51,424 bases of DNA, taken from the IMG/VR virus record IMGVR_UViG_3300033486_000003, positions 1 to 51,424 of that record. The stretch is one strand, 5' to 3'. The number at the start of each line of letters is the position of its first letter. The first letter of the stretch is position 1. Position numbers and translations under genes: made by a program. The notes under the pieces were generated by a model. That model did not search any database, was not told the DNA's origin, and was given only the letters and a program-made list of their open reading frames with translations. The DNA is from a virus. Its lineage: Duplodnaviria > Caudoviricetes. Below, piece after piece: positions 1-8,020 of this stretch.

Positions 1-127
1 TGTGCCATCGCACTTGTCAACGTTCCATGCCGACTGGGCCACAAATTCATCGGTCGAATTATTCCGGTAAAGTATCCCGAAGGTGGTCCCGGAGCGGCCA
101 AACATGAGTCGATCTTCTGCGGTTCTC
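1..127. repeat. Terminal direct repeat identical to 51298-51424 (circular assembly overlap)
   Basis: 127-bp exact match between the two window ends; an ORF reads through the join in frame. Confidence 0.95.
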
Positions 128-516
128 AGCCCCGCGTATTGATATGTGTTGGCGTCGATATTGGTTGATGGGAAATAGGCCGACAGAACAGAATGAATGT
201 CGTGAGCAGGGCGGTAATTGATGAAACGCTTGCTACGCATGATGCACGAGCCAACCCCCGCGCCGGATGAGACCACTCCACGCGAGTTGCTATTAGAGTC
301 TGCCCCCGTCCCGGTTGACGTAACCACGACATCCTCTGTTGAATTTCCGTAGATAAATTTAACGAGAATTTGGTCCCTGCGCTGCCCAACAATCGTCTGA
401 CCATACCCTGAATAATCGGGTTCATGGCCATGTCTGTCACGGTTGACGACTCGCAATCCACCCGTCCATTTCTCTGTGAGGGATTGCAAAAACGGCAGCA
501 GCATCGGGATGTTCAT
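1..516 (-). CDS. 5' part of an origin-spanning 416-aa putative virion protein (continues into 50563-51424)
   Basis: Manual translation is open from ATG at 516 (ATGA overlap with the stop of 513..716) through the join: MNIPMLLPFLQS...TAEDRLMFGRSGTTFG. Confidence 0.8.
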   Translation of the reverse strand, partial: MNIPMLLPFLQSLTEKWTGGLRVVNRDRHGHEPDYSGYGQTIVGQRRDQILVKFIYGNSTEDVVVTSTGTGADSNSNSRGVVSSGAGVGSCIMRSKRFINYRPAHDIHSVLSAYFPSTNIDANTYQYAGLRTAEDRLMFGRSGTTFGILYRNNSTDEFVAQSAWNVDKCDGT

Positions 517-716
517 GTGTAGCTCACCGTTGCCCGATTATCCCACGCTACCTGAAACTCCCCAGACTCTGCCCACAGCATTGTATTGTCAGCGAGAGTG
601 ATGCGCAGAATTCGCCAGCGCTGATCACTTGTCAGAGTACCGGGAATGGCTTCCCCCAGATATTTATACTGTAGAGTCGTATCCTCCAGCGATTTGTAGA
701 CGCTGTGATCAGCCAT
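513..716 (-). CDS. Small hypothetical protein in the head module
   Basis: 67-aa ORF overlapping both neighbours (translational coupling). Confidence 0.7.
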   Translation of the reverse strand: MADHSVYKSLEDTTLQYKYLGEAIPGTLTSDQRWRILRITLADNTMLWAESGEFQVAWDNRATVSYT

Positions 717-1077
717 GGCGAGGGTATGCGTTGCTCAAGACTGTCATGGGATTAGGGGTGCGTTTTGGCTCTTTTGCCTCGTCATCGTCTTCCGGGATTA
801 ACTGCAATGCAGTCAACTGGAGACCAACCATCGGCGACTTTCCATCTGCTGCCATCTCTGATTTAGTCACGACCCCAACGGCCAGGACCTTGTACTTCTC
901 CCCTGGTTCTGGCATCTCCTCCAGACCCAGAGCATCTATCTGCTCTTTTTCGAGATGGATACACAGCCCATTTGGGTACATGTCTGGCATTTCACCCATA
1001 TCCATTTTTCCATGCTCCATCTCCATCTTCCCTTGAGATTTTCGCATGTCCACTAGATTCGGTTTGATTTCGGCCAT
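709..1077 (-). CDS. Capsid staple/cement protein (epsilon15 gp10-like)
   Basis: YPNGLCIHLEKEQIDALGL..P.PG...V.A...V...VGLQLT...AYP resembles epsilon15 gp10 as I recall it; likely start MAEIK at 1077. Confidence 0.7.
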   Translation of the reverse strand: MAEIKPNLVDMRKSQGKMEMEHGKMDMGEMPDMYPNGLCIHLEKEQIDALGLEEMPEPGEKYKVLAVGVVTKSEMAADGKSPMVGLQLTALQLIPEDDDEAKEPKRTPNPMTVLSNAYPRHG

Positions 1078-1184
1078 GACATTAACCCAGAGCAGTACGA
1101 GGATGGCGGGCGCGATCAACGCCCTTGATTGTGCCTTTGTTTCGCGATGCGTAAAAAACTTGCTCACCGCGCTTTTTCCCATAC

Positions 1185-1736
1185 TCAGCTGTCATGGCGG
1201 TCATGATCTTTTTGCCTTTCTTCGTCAGCGGCATTGTCTAGCTCCTGAGTAGCGGAGGCCAGCACAAATGCCATGCGTCGGGCTACCTCGGTGATTGATA
1301 CATCTTCTGTTTTGATTGGCCCGCCGTCTTCGCCGGTCAGTTCGCGCTTGTCGGCCAGGCCCAAGTCTCTAGCGATGATGTTGGCGTTCAATAGGTCGGC
1401 CGCCGCGCCGCAAAATTTCTGTGTACGAATTACTTCCGCGATATTCTTTGTGACAGAAGAAAAACCTTCTTTAATGCAATACTCGCGCCAAGTCTCGGTA
1501 GTAATATCAAGGAATAGACACAATCCGCTTATAGTCATTGCTCGCAGCTTGGGGATTTCGTCTTGGAACGGCTCGCCTTGATACATGTAGGATTTTGTTT
1601 CCCACAGAGGATTGTCCTCGCACCAAGCGAAATACTCAGTAGCAGCATTCCATAGCTGCTCAGGTGACGCAAAAATAGGCTTACGCCCGTGCGAACTCCG
1701 CGCCTCCCAGAATCTATTGCCTTTCGGTGCTGACAA
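1185..1736 (-). CDS. terS: Terminase small subunit (P22 gp3-like)
   Basis: [16 protein letters not shown] and [22 protein letters not shown] closely match P22 gp3; TTG start with GAGGT RBS. Confidence 0.93.
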   Translation of the reverse strand: MSAPKGNRFWEARSSHGRKPIFASPEQLWNAATEYFAWCEDNPLWETKSYMYQGEPFQDEIPKLRAMTISGLCLFLDITTETWREYCIKEGFSSVTKNIAEVIRTQKFCGAAADLLNANIIARDLGLADKRELTGEDGGPIKTEDVSITEVARRMAFVLASATQELDNAADEERQKDHDRHDS

Positions 1737-1765
1737 TTCAACTACCTCTACTTTTTCACATATAT

Positions 1766-1798
1766 AGAGTAATAGATGATTGATTCAAAATCTTGAAA
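1766..1798 (-). promoter_or_regulatory. Putative late promoter motif TTTCAAGATTTTGAAT-N11-TACTCT
   Basis: Identical 16-mer with the same spacing to a TAnnnT hexamer occurs upstream of the capsid gene (43752-43784). Confidence 0.55.
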
Positions 1799-1805
1799 AT
1801 AATGC

Positions 1806-1834
1806 TTGACTTGTGACATGTCACGGCATATCAT
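1806..1834 (+). promoter_or_regulatory. Sigma70-type promoter with palindromic operator GTGACATGTCAC in the spacer
   Basis: TTGACT-17-TATCAT; perfect 12-bp palindrome at 1813-1824. Confidence 0.65.
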
Positions 1835-1894
1835 TACTCATCAGCGGAACAAACCGCTGGCCCGACCCGGGATAGGGGATAGAGGGAATCTAAA

Positions 1895-2125
1895 ATGCAA
1901 GCAGCTGAATTTGCAAAGACACACCAGTGTGATCCTGACTGGATCGCGGCCATGGGTGTTCGCGATGTTCTGGCCTTCAACGTCGGTCAGCGCGGAACGT
2001 ACTCAGGTTTTTCTGCGACAGTTCTGCGCCACTACCGAAACGGAATGTACGAAGTTCGCGTCCCCGGTGGCGTAGCGTGCATTTCCGGCTCCGATTTTGT
2101 TCCGGCCAATCAAAAACAAGCATAG
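1895..2125 (+). CDS. Hypothetical protein
   Basis: 76-aa ORF with GAGGG RBS downstream of the promoter. Confidence 0.7.
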   Translation: MQAAEFAKTHQCDPDWIAAMGVRDVLAFNVGQRGTYSGFSATVLRHYRNGMYEVRVPGGVACISGSDFVPANQKQA

Positions 2126-2136
2126 AGGGATACTAA

Positions 2137-2286
2137 ATGGCTAAATCCGACAACGAACGCAAAACCGCGCAGCGCCAGCGGGACCGCGCCCTTGGCATCG
2201 TCGAGCGCATGTTCGTTGCGCACGTCGATGATGTCCAAAAGGTCCGCGCCTTCGCCGAATCCCTCATGAGAGCCAGAGGGCTCTAA
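2137..2286 (+). CDS. Small putative DNA-binding protein (49 aa, MAKSDNERKTAQRQRDRALG...)
   Basis: Manual translation; GAGGG RBS; basic N-terminus; absent from the ORF track. Confidence 0.6.
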   Translation: MAKSDNERKTAQRQRDRALGIVERMFVAHVDDVQKVRAFAESLMRARGL

Positions 2287-2287
2287 C

Positions 2288-2316
2288 AAAAAATGCCGGT
2301 CTGGAATGACCGGCAT
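2288..2316 (-). terminator. Intrinsic terminator between convergent units
   Basis: ATGCCGGTC-N6-GACCGGCAT hairpin with an adjacent A-tract. Confidence 0.65.
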
Positions 2317-2418
2317 CTCTCAAACACAACTTTCACCACTACTGGAACAGTAGCAAAAGAATTTGGTTTTTGCAACTACCTATAATTTCAAACCTTGCAC
2401 GGTCTGGATATTCTGGTG

Positions 2419-2691
2419 TTAGGTATGCGCAGTTTCGGCCATTGCGTTTATACCGCCCACCCATGAATTGAACGCCTCCGCTCCTGGAACAACTGGAGAT
2501 TTATTCACACATGGGTCATACAGCGGGCAGCCGCCGCATGGATCTATTTTTGGGGTATTGCCCTTTCCTTCCCAGCGAGGACGGCATATTGATAAAACTT
2601 TCTCACTCCGTTCTATCAGGGAATGCCTAACAACAGGGTCAACGCGACCCGCTTCAGCGGTGGTGGTGTTTGGTGTTGTGGCTTCGCTCAT
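2419..2691 (-). CDS. Cassette-like hypothetical protein; N-terminus encoded within an attC site
   Basis: ATG and GGAG lie in the loop of the attC at 2625-2745; stop falls in CCTAAC. Confidence 0.65.
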   Translation of the reverse strand: MSEATTPNTTTAEAGRVDPVVRHSLIERSEKVLSICRPRWEGKGNTPKIDPCGGCPLYDPCVNKSPVVPGAEAFNSWVGGINAMAETAHT

Positions 2692-2745
2692 CTCATTTAT
2701 CTCCGTGGCTCTGTTGTCGCGGTCGCATTACCCTGGCCGTTATAT
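2625..2745 (+). mobile_element. attC-like integron recombination site A
   Basis: GCCTAAC-AACAG-GGTCAACGCGACCCGC...GCGGTCGCATTACC-CTGGCC-GTTATAT: paired arms with extrahelical bases. Confidence 0.8.
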
Positions 2746-2937
2746 TGCTTCTTCCTCATACCAGAACTCCCAGTCCGGATGGACTTCCTTTTGTCTTTTT
2801 ACCCAGCTTTCTGCGCCAATTTTCGGAACCAAATCACCGCGTCCAGATTGAAGAGGTGTTCGATAGTGCAATCTAACAAGGCCGCTCAACTCGGACTGGC
2901 CGCCAGCGGCGCTGTTCTGGTTCTGTTGTTCACTCAT
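2740..2937 (-). CDS. Cassette-like hypothetical protein
   Basis: Stop lies in the end of attC A; N-terminus (GGQSELSGLVR) is encoded by an attC half-site. Confidence 0.6.
   Translation of the reverse strand: MSEQQNQNSAAGGQSELSGLVRLHYRTPLQSGRGDLVPKIGAESWVKRQKEVHPDWEFWYEEEAI
2871..2905 (+). mobile_element. Truncated attC half-site
   Basis: ATCTAAC-AAGGCC-GCTCAACTCGGAC; no partner arm found. Confidence 0.5.
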
Positions 2938-3182
2938 CTACTCTGTCTCCTGTTGTGCAGCTCCATCATCACTTTTTTGAGCGCCTCGACCGCTGCCACG
3001 CCCCTCTTTTTCTGCCTCTCCGCCAATTCGGCCCGGCGCTCTTCCAGCGGCATTGATAGCAAATGCCTTGCCTCACACTCAATCATCCACTCTGGGCAGC
3101 TGCTGCACACCGTAGAGCCGTCGCGCAGCGTGACCATAGGCGTCGCCTCATCCTCGCAGCGCTGGCAGCCTAGGCAGGCCAT
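2934..3182 (-). CDS. Hypothetical Cys-rich (possible Zn-binding) protein
   Basis: CxxCxxC and CxxC motifs; AGGAG RBS. Confidence 0.7.
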   Translation of the reverse strand: MACLGCQRCEDEATPMVTLRDGSTVCSSCPEWMIECEARHLLSMPLEERRAELAERQKKRGVAAVEALKKVMMELHNRRQSR

Positions 3183-3190
3183 TACTCCTC

Positions 3191-3412
3191 CTACTCGTTG
3201 CTACCAGTTCCGTCAGAATCGGTAGATGATTGGTTTTTGTCCACGAACTCACGAGCGGCCTTGATCTTTGCCCGCACCCAGGCCGCGCCACCTAGGCGCT
3301 TGCACTTCTCCCACTCATCGTCCGTCATCCTTACCGGGCGAGACTTCATCAGTTCGCCAGTCTTAGATAGGGGCTTACGGCCTTGGCCTCGACATGCGCC
3401 GCCGCGCTTCAT
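3191..3412 (-). CDS. Small DNA-binding protein (RGG..GRKP, ribbon-helix-helix-like)
   Basis: RGGACRGQGRKP...VRMTDDEWEKCKRLGGAAWVR. Confidence 0.65.
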   Translation of the reverse strand: MKRGGACRGQGRKPLSKTGELMKSRPVRMTDDEWEKCKRLGGAAWVRAKIKAAREFVDKNQSSTDSDGTGSNE

Positions 3413-3651
3413 TCTCCGCGCCTCAGCATAGACATCGCAATCGAAAGTTGATGCCGGGCCGAAGAGTCGACCGAATATCCGGCCTCTGCAAGCAATGAAT
3501 CGACGCTGTTCAGTACAGGCAAGGCATCTCGCGCATTGTCGGCCAACAGAATCAGCGCACGTGCTGTTTGCGAGTTGTACCCGCCGTCCCGCGTTTCGTC
3601 TGCCACCTCTATCGCGAGGTCAAAGTCCATCCTTTTTTCTCCCACCATCAT
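3409..3651 (-). CDS. Hypothetical protein
   Basis: ATGA-coupled ORF in the operon. Confidence 0.65.
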   Translation of the reverse strand: MMVGEKRMDFDLAIEVADETRDGGYNSQTARALILLADNARDALPVLNSVDSLLAEAGYSVDSSARHQLSIAMSMLRRGE

Positions 3652-3824
3652 TGCAGCACGAAAACCTGATGCCCTTCGCGCGCCAACTTGTTTGCCGTAT
3701 GCTTTGTTGTCTTGGCGTAGGCTTCAAATTTACCGGTCACCTTGTCGAGTACGCCAAAAACGATGCGGTACGGAAAATACTGCTTGAGTCTGCGAAGCTC
3801 CTGCTCTTGTTTGTTGTTGAGCAT
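3648..3824 (-). CDS. Hypothetical protein
   Basis: Start MLNNKQ at 3824 with GGGAG RBS, just below a promoter. Confidence 0.65.
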   Translation of the reverse strand: MLNNKQEQELRRLKQYFPYRIVFGVLDKVTGKFEAYAKTTKHTANKLAREGHQVFVLQ

Positions 3825-3856
3825 TTCGTTCTCCCGTTGTGTTGTTTGATGATTAT

Positions 3857-3885
3857 ATCGTATATGCGTAATCAATAAATGTCAA
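3857..3885 (-). promoter_or_regulatory. Sigma70-type promoter with overlapping imperfect palindrome
   Basis: TTGACA-17-TACGAT; CGTATATGCG at 3859-3868. Confidence 0.6.
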
Positions 3886-4172
3886 GCGGCAGTAACGCTA
3901 TACCCGCACTTACTGCACTTCAGGCATTCGACGAGTCTACCGGGCCCGCCCGGCGACATTGTGACGACCTCCCAGCCGGGGAAGTCCGGCGTACCGGTGC
4001 AGGTCTGCTCCATTGCCTGCCCTGGCTTCATCTCGCCGCCACAGCGCCGACAGCCATCGCAAGCGTCGCCCGTGTCGGCCCACCTCTTCACCCCGTCGCC
4101 GCCCACTACCCACCACCTCGTAACACCGCGCGCCAAATCCAGTTCAAAGCCGAAGCCGCGTAGAGTGCTCAT
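3882..4172 (-). CDS. Hypothetical Zn-ribbon protein
   Basis: CRRCGG and CLKCSKCG motifs; coupled ORF. Confidence 0.65.
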   Translation of the reverse strand: MSTLRGFGFELDLARGVTRWWVVGGDGVKRWADTGDACDGCRRCGGEMKPGQAMEQTCTGTPDFPGWEVVTMSPGGPGRLVECLKCSKCGYSVTAA

Positions 4173-4354
4173 CTCAATACCCCCCGTGAATCCATCATTT
4201 TGGCCTTCAAAAACCCAATATTTTCAAGCTCTGCCATGGCCCTGTTTCTCCCCCGTATGTCATCCACCGTTTTTAACCTCACAGGCCTTTTCTTTGCGCC
4301 CCTAATCTCATCCATTCGCCGCTCTCGCCAGCGCATGACATGCTCATCCATCAT
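4169..4354 (-). CDS. Hypothetical protein
   Basis: ATGA overlap with the helicase stop. Confidence 0.55.
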   Translation of the reverse strand: MMDEHVMRWRERRMDEIRGAKKRPVRLKTVDDIRGRNRAMAELENIGFLKAKMMDSRGVLR

Positions 4355-6915
4355 GCTGATTTTCTCGACTTGGCATTACGAATATCGCGGCTCTTGATGT
4401 AGGATATTGTCTCGGGGCTTGGGGGGAGAGGCGGTACACCAGAATGGGCGTTGGGCCACACGCTAAAATATTCGCGATACAGGTGCTTTGCTCTGCCTTC
4501 TTGCTGGCCCTTGCTTGCCACATACCCCAGCAGCTCACCGTAGAACCGGCGCTTATCTTCCGCTGGTGTGGCCCGGTTGCGCCTTTCTGCAGCGCTGGCT
4601 TTTGTCGTATCCACCTGCTCTAGCTTGGCTTCGTGGTACTCCAGAGCCTCGCCCTTAGCCTTTCGCTGATGGCCGCAGAATGGGCAAGCATGAGCAGCTT
4701 TGTAGACGCGGGCGCAGTTTGAGCATTGAACATCTATCGGTTCCTTCTTCTCCTGCTTTGACCTCTCAATTCGCTCCTGAACGGTGGTTTTTTCGTCCAG
4801 GCTCCAGTCATTGATAAATTCTACCGGCCCCATGCGAGGATCAAGGCTCATTCCACCGTGATCAATAACATTCGACCATTGCTGATCCTCGTAGGGGCGG
4901 AGAACTCGCCCAACCCCCTGCATCCAGCGACTGATTGATCGTGTGGCGGTAGCAAATGAAACGGTTTGCAGGCGGGGAATGTCGCTTCCGAGAGAAATGA
5001 TACCAACGTTCGCGACCACCAATATTCTACCGCTGGCCAATCCGTCGAATATCATGAATCGCTCTTCGTCGGGGGTGTTGGCGTCCATGTAGGCGGACGG
5101 AATGCCCTTACTGCTGAACTTTTCCACAACATCCATGGCATTGGCTCTGGTGGCGGTGAACACCACCGTGCTGGTGCCGGGAGCAATTCTCAGCCAGTTA
5201 TCGACCACGCACCCCATGATTTTTCCGTCATAAGCGGCCCCAAGCTGTTTGCTGTTGTAGTCGTCCCCCATCATTTTCACGCCCGATAGGTCTGGCCGTT
5301 CTGCGGAGTAGTAGCGAGGCTGAAGCAGTGCCCCTGCCTCAATCAACTCTGGCATCGTCACCGGGATTACAAGGCGGTCGCTGATATTGCCAAGCCCTCC
5401 ACCGCCGGTTACGCAGGGCGTAGCGGTCAGTAGCATGACGATCTTTCGCGGGCCATACGCACCTTCTCGCAGCGCGTTGATGAGCTTGGCGCGCTCAGGG
5501 CTGGCATAGGTGTGGCCTTCATCAAATATCACCACGTCAGCGGCATAGAGCGACACCGTGCCGTTGGAGGTGGGATTGTCCAGCCGGGCCATGATGGTGT
5601 CGACCGACGCGATTTCGACCTTATGCCACGGCTCAAACGGGACCCCGGCCATGATCATCCCCGAGTCTATGCCCAGCTCTCGGAAGGATTTGCATGTCTG
5701 TTCCACGAGATTTCGGCGCGGCGCAATAAACAGCAGGCGCTTTCCATTGGAGACCGTGGAAGCGGCGATGGAAGCGGAAATACGGGTATTGTGAGTTACG
5801 GTAAAGTCACCGAGCAGGAATAGATTGTCACCATCTATCTCGAATCCATAATAATCGCCGTCACCAACCTCAGATACATCTATCCCATGGACTAAATCAC
5901 TCTTTTTTTGCTTTCGTTCTCCTGTTTTTTTTACTCTGCATGGGATCTTGTTTGTGTTGCCACTGATGCTAACCCTGTAATAAGTCCCCTCGAAGCCTAT
6001 AGACTTAATCTTTTTTCTGCATTCGGTTATGTAAGCAGAAAGACCAACGGACCTGCATAAGAAAGCGACGGCATCTGATATGTGCTTTCTCTTTTGGATA
6101 AAATCATATCCTGTTTTGCTGATGCTGCCATCCGTATCTATCAATCCAGCAAGTAATTCTAGCCTATCCTCATAGGATGCGGTCTTGTATGTATCCGGGA
6201 CGTGCTTATTCCCAATGAGATTAAGCTCTCTTAATGCCGCCATACACTCATTATTACCTCTAGAGCTAAGCCTCCACGTCGGGCATCTTTTTTTATCAGA
6301 TACGCTCGAATAGCACTTATTATCAGCTCCCCATTTGTTCCATGCGTCTACAACTGCGCCGGGATATTTTGTGAGTGATGACTCTCTTTCTGTTCCATCA
6401 CCGAGCCATATACCAAGAACATATGGCGGAATCTTTAAATCACCAGCAGGTTTAAAATCTATACGCTCAGGACGCCACCCCTTCAGCAAATGCTTGGCCG
6501 TTTTACTGCCATTTAAATACGTCCTGATGTCCACATTTACAATATCACCCGAAGCGAAATGCCCGTCTCCAAGACTGCATCTTCCTGAGAAATTCGTGGA
6601 CTTAAGCGAAAGAATATGCGACGCATTGACGATGTACGGATCGCCCTTGTTCGGTGTAATTTTATAAAGCATCTCACGCCCTGTGGTCGTCGATAGGACG
6701 TTCCTCGGCGAGCTGTCTGGCCCCATCAAGACATCGCCGACAATGATGTCTTGGACCGCTTTAATTGACCCATCAAACATAAGAACCGGCGTATCTTTAC
6801 CAAGACATTTTCCCGCACCCGTCGGGGCCACCATGCACGGGGCACGAAAACCTTCACGGATGGCCTGCCGGAGCTGGTCGATAGCTCGCTGTTGGTAGTC
6901 GCGAAGAGGGATCAT
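4351..6915 (-). CDS. SF2 (DEAD/DEAH-like) helicase with C-terminal Zn finger, interrupted by an intein
   Basis: LRDYQ, APTGAGK|T, IFDEGH, TATP, QGVGRVLR, CxxC...CPFC. Confidence 0.9.
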   Translation of the reverse strand: MIPLRDYQQRAIDQLRQAIREGFRAPCMVAPTGAGKCLGKDTPVLMFDGSIKAVQDIIVGDVLMGPDSSPRNVLSTTTGREMLYKITPNKGDPYIVNASHILSLKSTNFSGRCSLGDGHFASGDIVNVDIRTYLNGSKTAKHLLKGWRPERIDFKPAGDLKIPPYVLGIWLGDGTERESSLTKYPGAVVDAWNKWGADNKCYSSVSDKKRCPTWRLSSRGNNECMAALRELNLIGNKHVPDTYKTASYEDRLELLAGLIDTDGSISKTGYDFIQKRKHISDAVAFLCRSVGLSAYITECRKKIKSIGFEGTYYRVSISGNTNKIPCRVKKTGERKQKKSDLVHGIDVSEVGDGDYYGFEIDGDNLFLLGDFTVTHNTRISASIAASTVSNGKRLLFIAPRRNLVEQTCKSFRELGIDSGMIMAGVPFEPWHKVEIASVDTIMARLDNPTSNGTVSLYAADVVIFDEGHTYASPERAKLINALREGAYGPRKIVMLLTATPCVTGGGGLGNISDRLVIPVTMPELIEAGALLQPRYYSAERPDLSGVKMMGDDYNSKQLGAAYDGKIMGCVVDNWLRIAPGTSTVVFTATRANAMDVVEKFSSKGIPSAYMDANTPDEERFMIFDGLASGRILVVANVGIISLGSDIPRLQTVSFATATRSISRWMQGVGRVLRPYEDQQWSNVIDHGGMSLDPRMGPVEFINDWSLDEKTTVQERIERSKQEKKEPIDVQCSNCARVYKAAHACPFCGHQRKAKGEALEYHEAKLEQVDTTKASAAERRNRATPAEDKRRFYGELLGYVASKGQQEGRAKHLYREYFSVWPNAHSGVPPLPPSPETISYIKSRDIRNAKSRKSA
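5788..6807 (-). mobile_element. Intein (340 aa) with LAGLIDADG homing endonuclease, inserted in Walker A
   Basis: Starts CLGKDTPVLM, ends FTVTHN followed by Thr; blocks LGIWLGDG and LLAGLIDTDGS. Confidence 0.93.
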
Positions 6916-7296
6916 AATCACAGGCTCCTAATCATAAGTTTTTGTTTATGGTTCGCTAGAAAATCATAATCAATAGCCTATCGAATCTCCGGGGCAATAC
7001 TTCCTCTTGAGCCTTTGGGTGATTGGTATCAATCAGGCTCTTTTCCTTCTCGCTATTGATGATTTTCGCAAAAATCACCGCTGTTTCCGTTTGTGCATTT
7101 GTTCGGAACGCTATTCCCGGTATATGGCAGGAGCGTCACCCTGGATCGTGAATCACCACTAACCCGATTTTAACCTCGCCGTGCTGGTTACGGTCTGGTT
7201 GCCCCGGCTCACAAGGGCTGCACAAACTGGATGTTCCCGTGGATTACTCGCCACCGTTGGTCTACCCGTCCGAGTGCGATGATTGCTTATGATGTA

Positions 7297-7325
7297 TTGA
7301 CGAACCATAAACGATTGTTTATGAT
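7297..7325 (+). promoter_or_regulatory. Sigma70-type promoter with internal inverted repeat
   Basis: TTGACG-17-TATGAT; CATAAAC-GATT-GTTTATG. Confidence 0.65.
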
Positions 7326-7331
7326 GTGCTC

Positions 7332-7406
7332 GTCAGTGTAATCACTACCCGTGCAATCACTGCAAACCACGATAGGGCGGCTCCCCGATGATTCGTGGTT
7401 TTTTTT
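7332..7406 (+). ncRNA. Candidate small antisense RNA
   Basis: Own promoter upstream, CAGTG/CACTG hairpin, then AAACCACGA...TCGTGGTTT terminator with T-tract; opposite strand to the ssb-helicase transcript. Confidence 0.5.
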
Positions 7407-7479
7407 GCCTGTCCCACCGAGACTCCCCAATGAGATGGCTGGTAAATACTACACCCAAACTTTCGAGTTTGCCATTGAG

Positions 7480-7923
7480 CTAAAAAGGGATGTCGTCATC
7501 GAAGTCATCGAATCCACCACCCCCAGACTGCGGCACAGGCTCTCTGCGTGATGATCCGGCATCTGACTGGCCACTGGCATTACCAGCGCCCTTGCCGCCC
7601 AGCATCTGCATCTGATCGGCTACAATCTCGGTGGTGTACTTGTCCTGGCCCTGCTGATCCTGCCACTTGCGGGTCTGGAGCTTGCCTTCGATGTAGACTT
7701 GGGAACCCTTGCCACAATATTGCCCCAATATATCAGCCAGCTTTCCAAAGGCAACAATATTGACCCACTCGGTACGCTCGACCTTATTTCCGCCCTTGTC
7801 CTTATAGTCATCACCGCAGGCAATCGAGAAATTAGCCACGGCCTTTCCGTCTGGCAAATACCGAAGCTCAATATCTTTTCCAATTCTTCCGATTCCCATC
7901 CACTTATTTAGGTCTTTACTCAT
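7480..7923 (-). CDS. ssb: Single-stranded DNA-binding protein
   Basis: OB-fold motifs (ERTEW, GSQVYIEGKLQTRKWQD) and DFDDDIPF tail. Confidence 0.97.
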   Translation of the reverse strand: MSKDLNKWMGIGRIGKDIELRYLPDGKAVANFSIACGDDYKDKGGNKVERTEWVNIVAFGKLADILGQYCGKGSQVYIEGKLQTRKWQDQQGQDKYTTEIVADQMQMLGGKGAGNASGQSDAGSSRREPVPQSGGGGFDDFDDDIPF

Positions 7924-8020
7924 GTTTTTTCCTTGTTTTTAAGTCCATCAAATACGCCACCACGAACAGCATCACGTCACACAGAGCGATGATGCAGATT
8001 ACCAAGATTTCGTTGAGCAT
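7916..8020 (-). CDS. Small membrane peptide (34 aa)
   Basis: MLNEILVICIIALCDVMLFVVAYLMDLKTRKKHE; AGGAGG RBS. Confidence 0.5.
   Translation of the reverse strand: MLNEILVICIIALCDVMLFVVAYLMDLKTRKKHE

Noticed and set aside
1-127. Biological terminal repeat of the virion DNA
   Set aside because: The length matches a common assembler k-mer overlap, it falls mid-gene, and a P22-like TerS suggests headful packaging.
126-461. 111-aa ORF from the track
   Set aside because: It overlaps, in another frame, the origin-spanning 416-aa gene.
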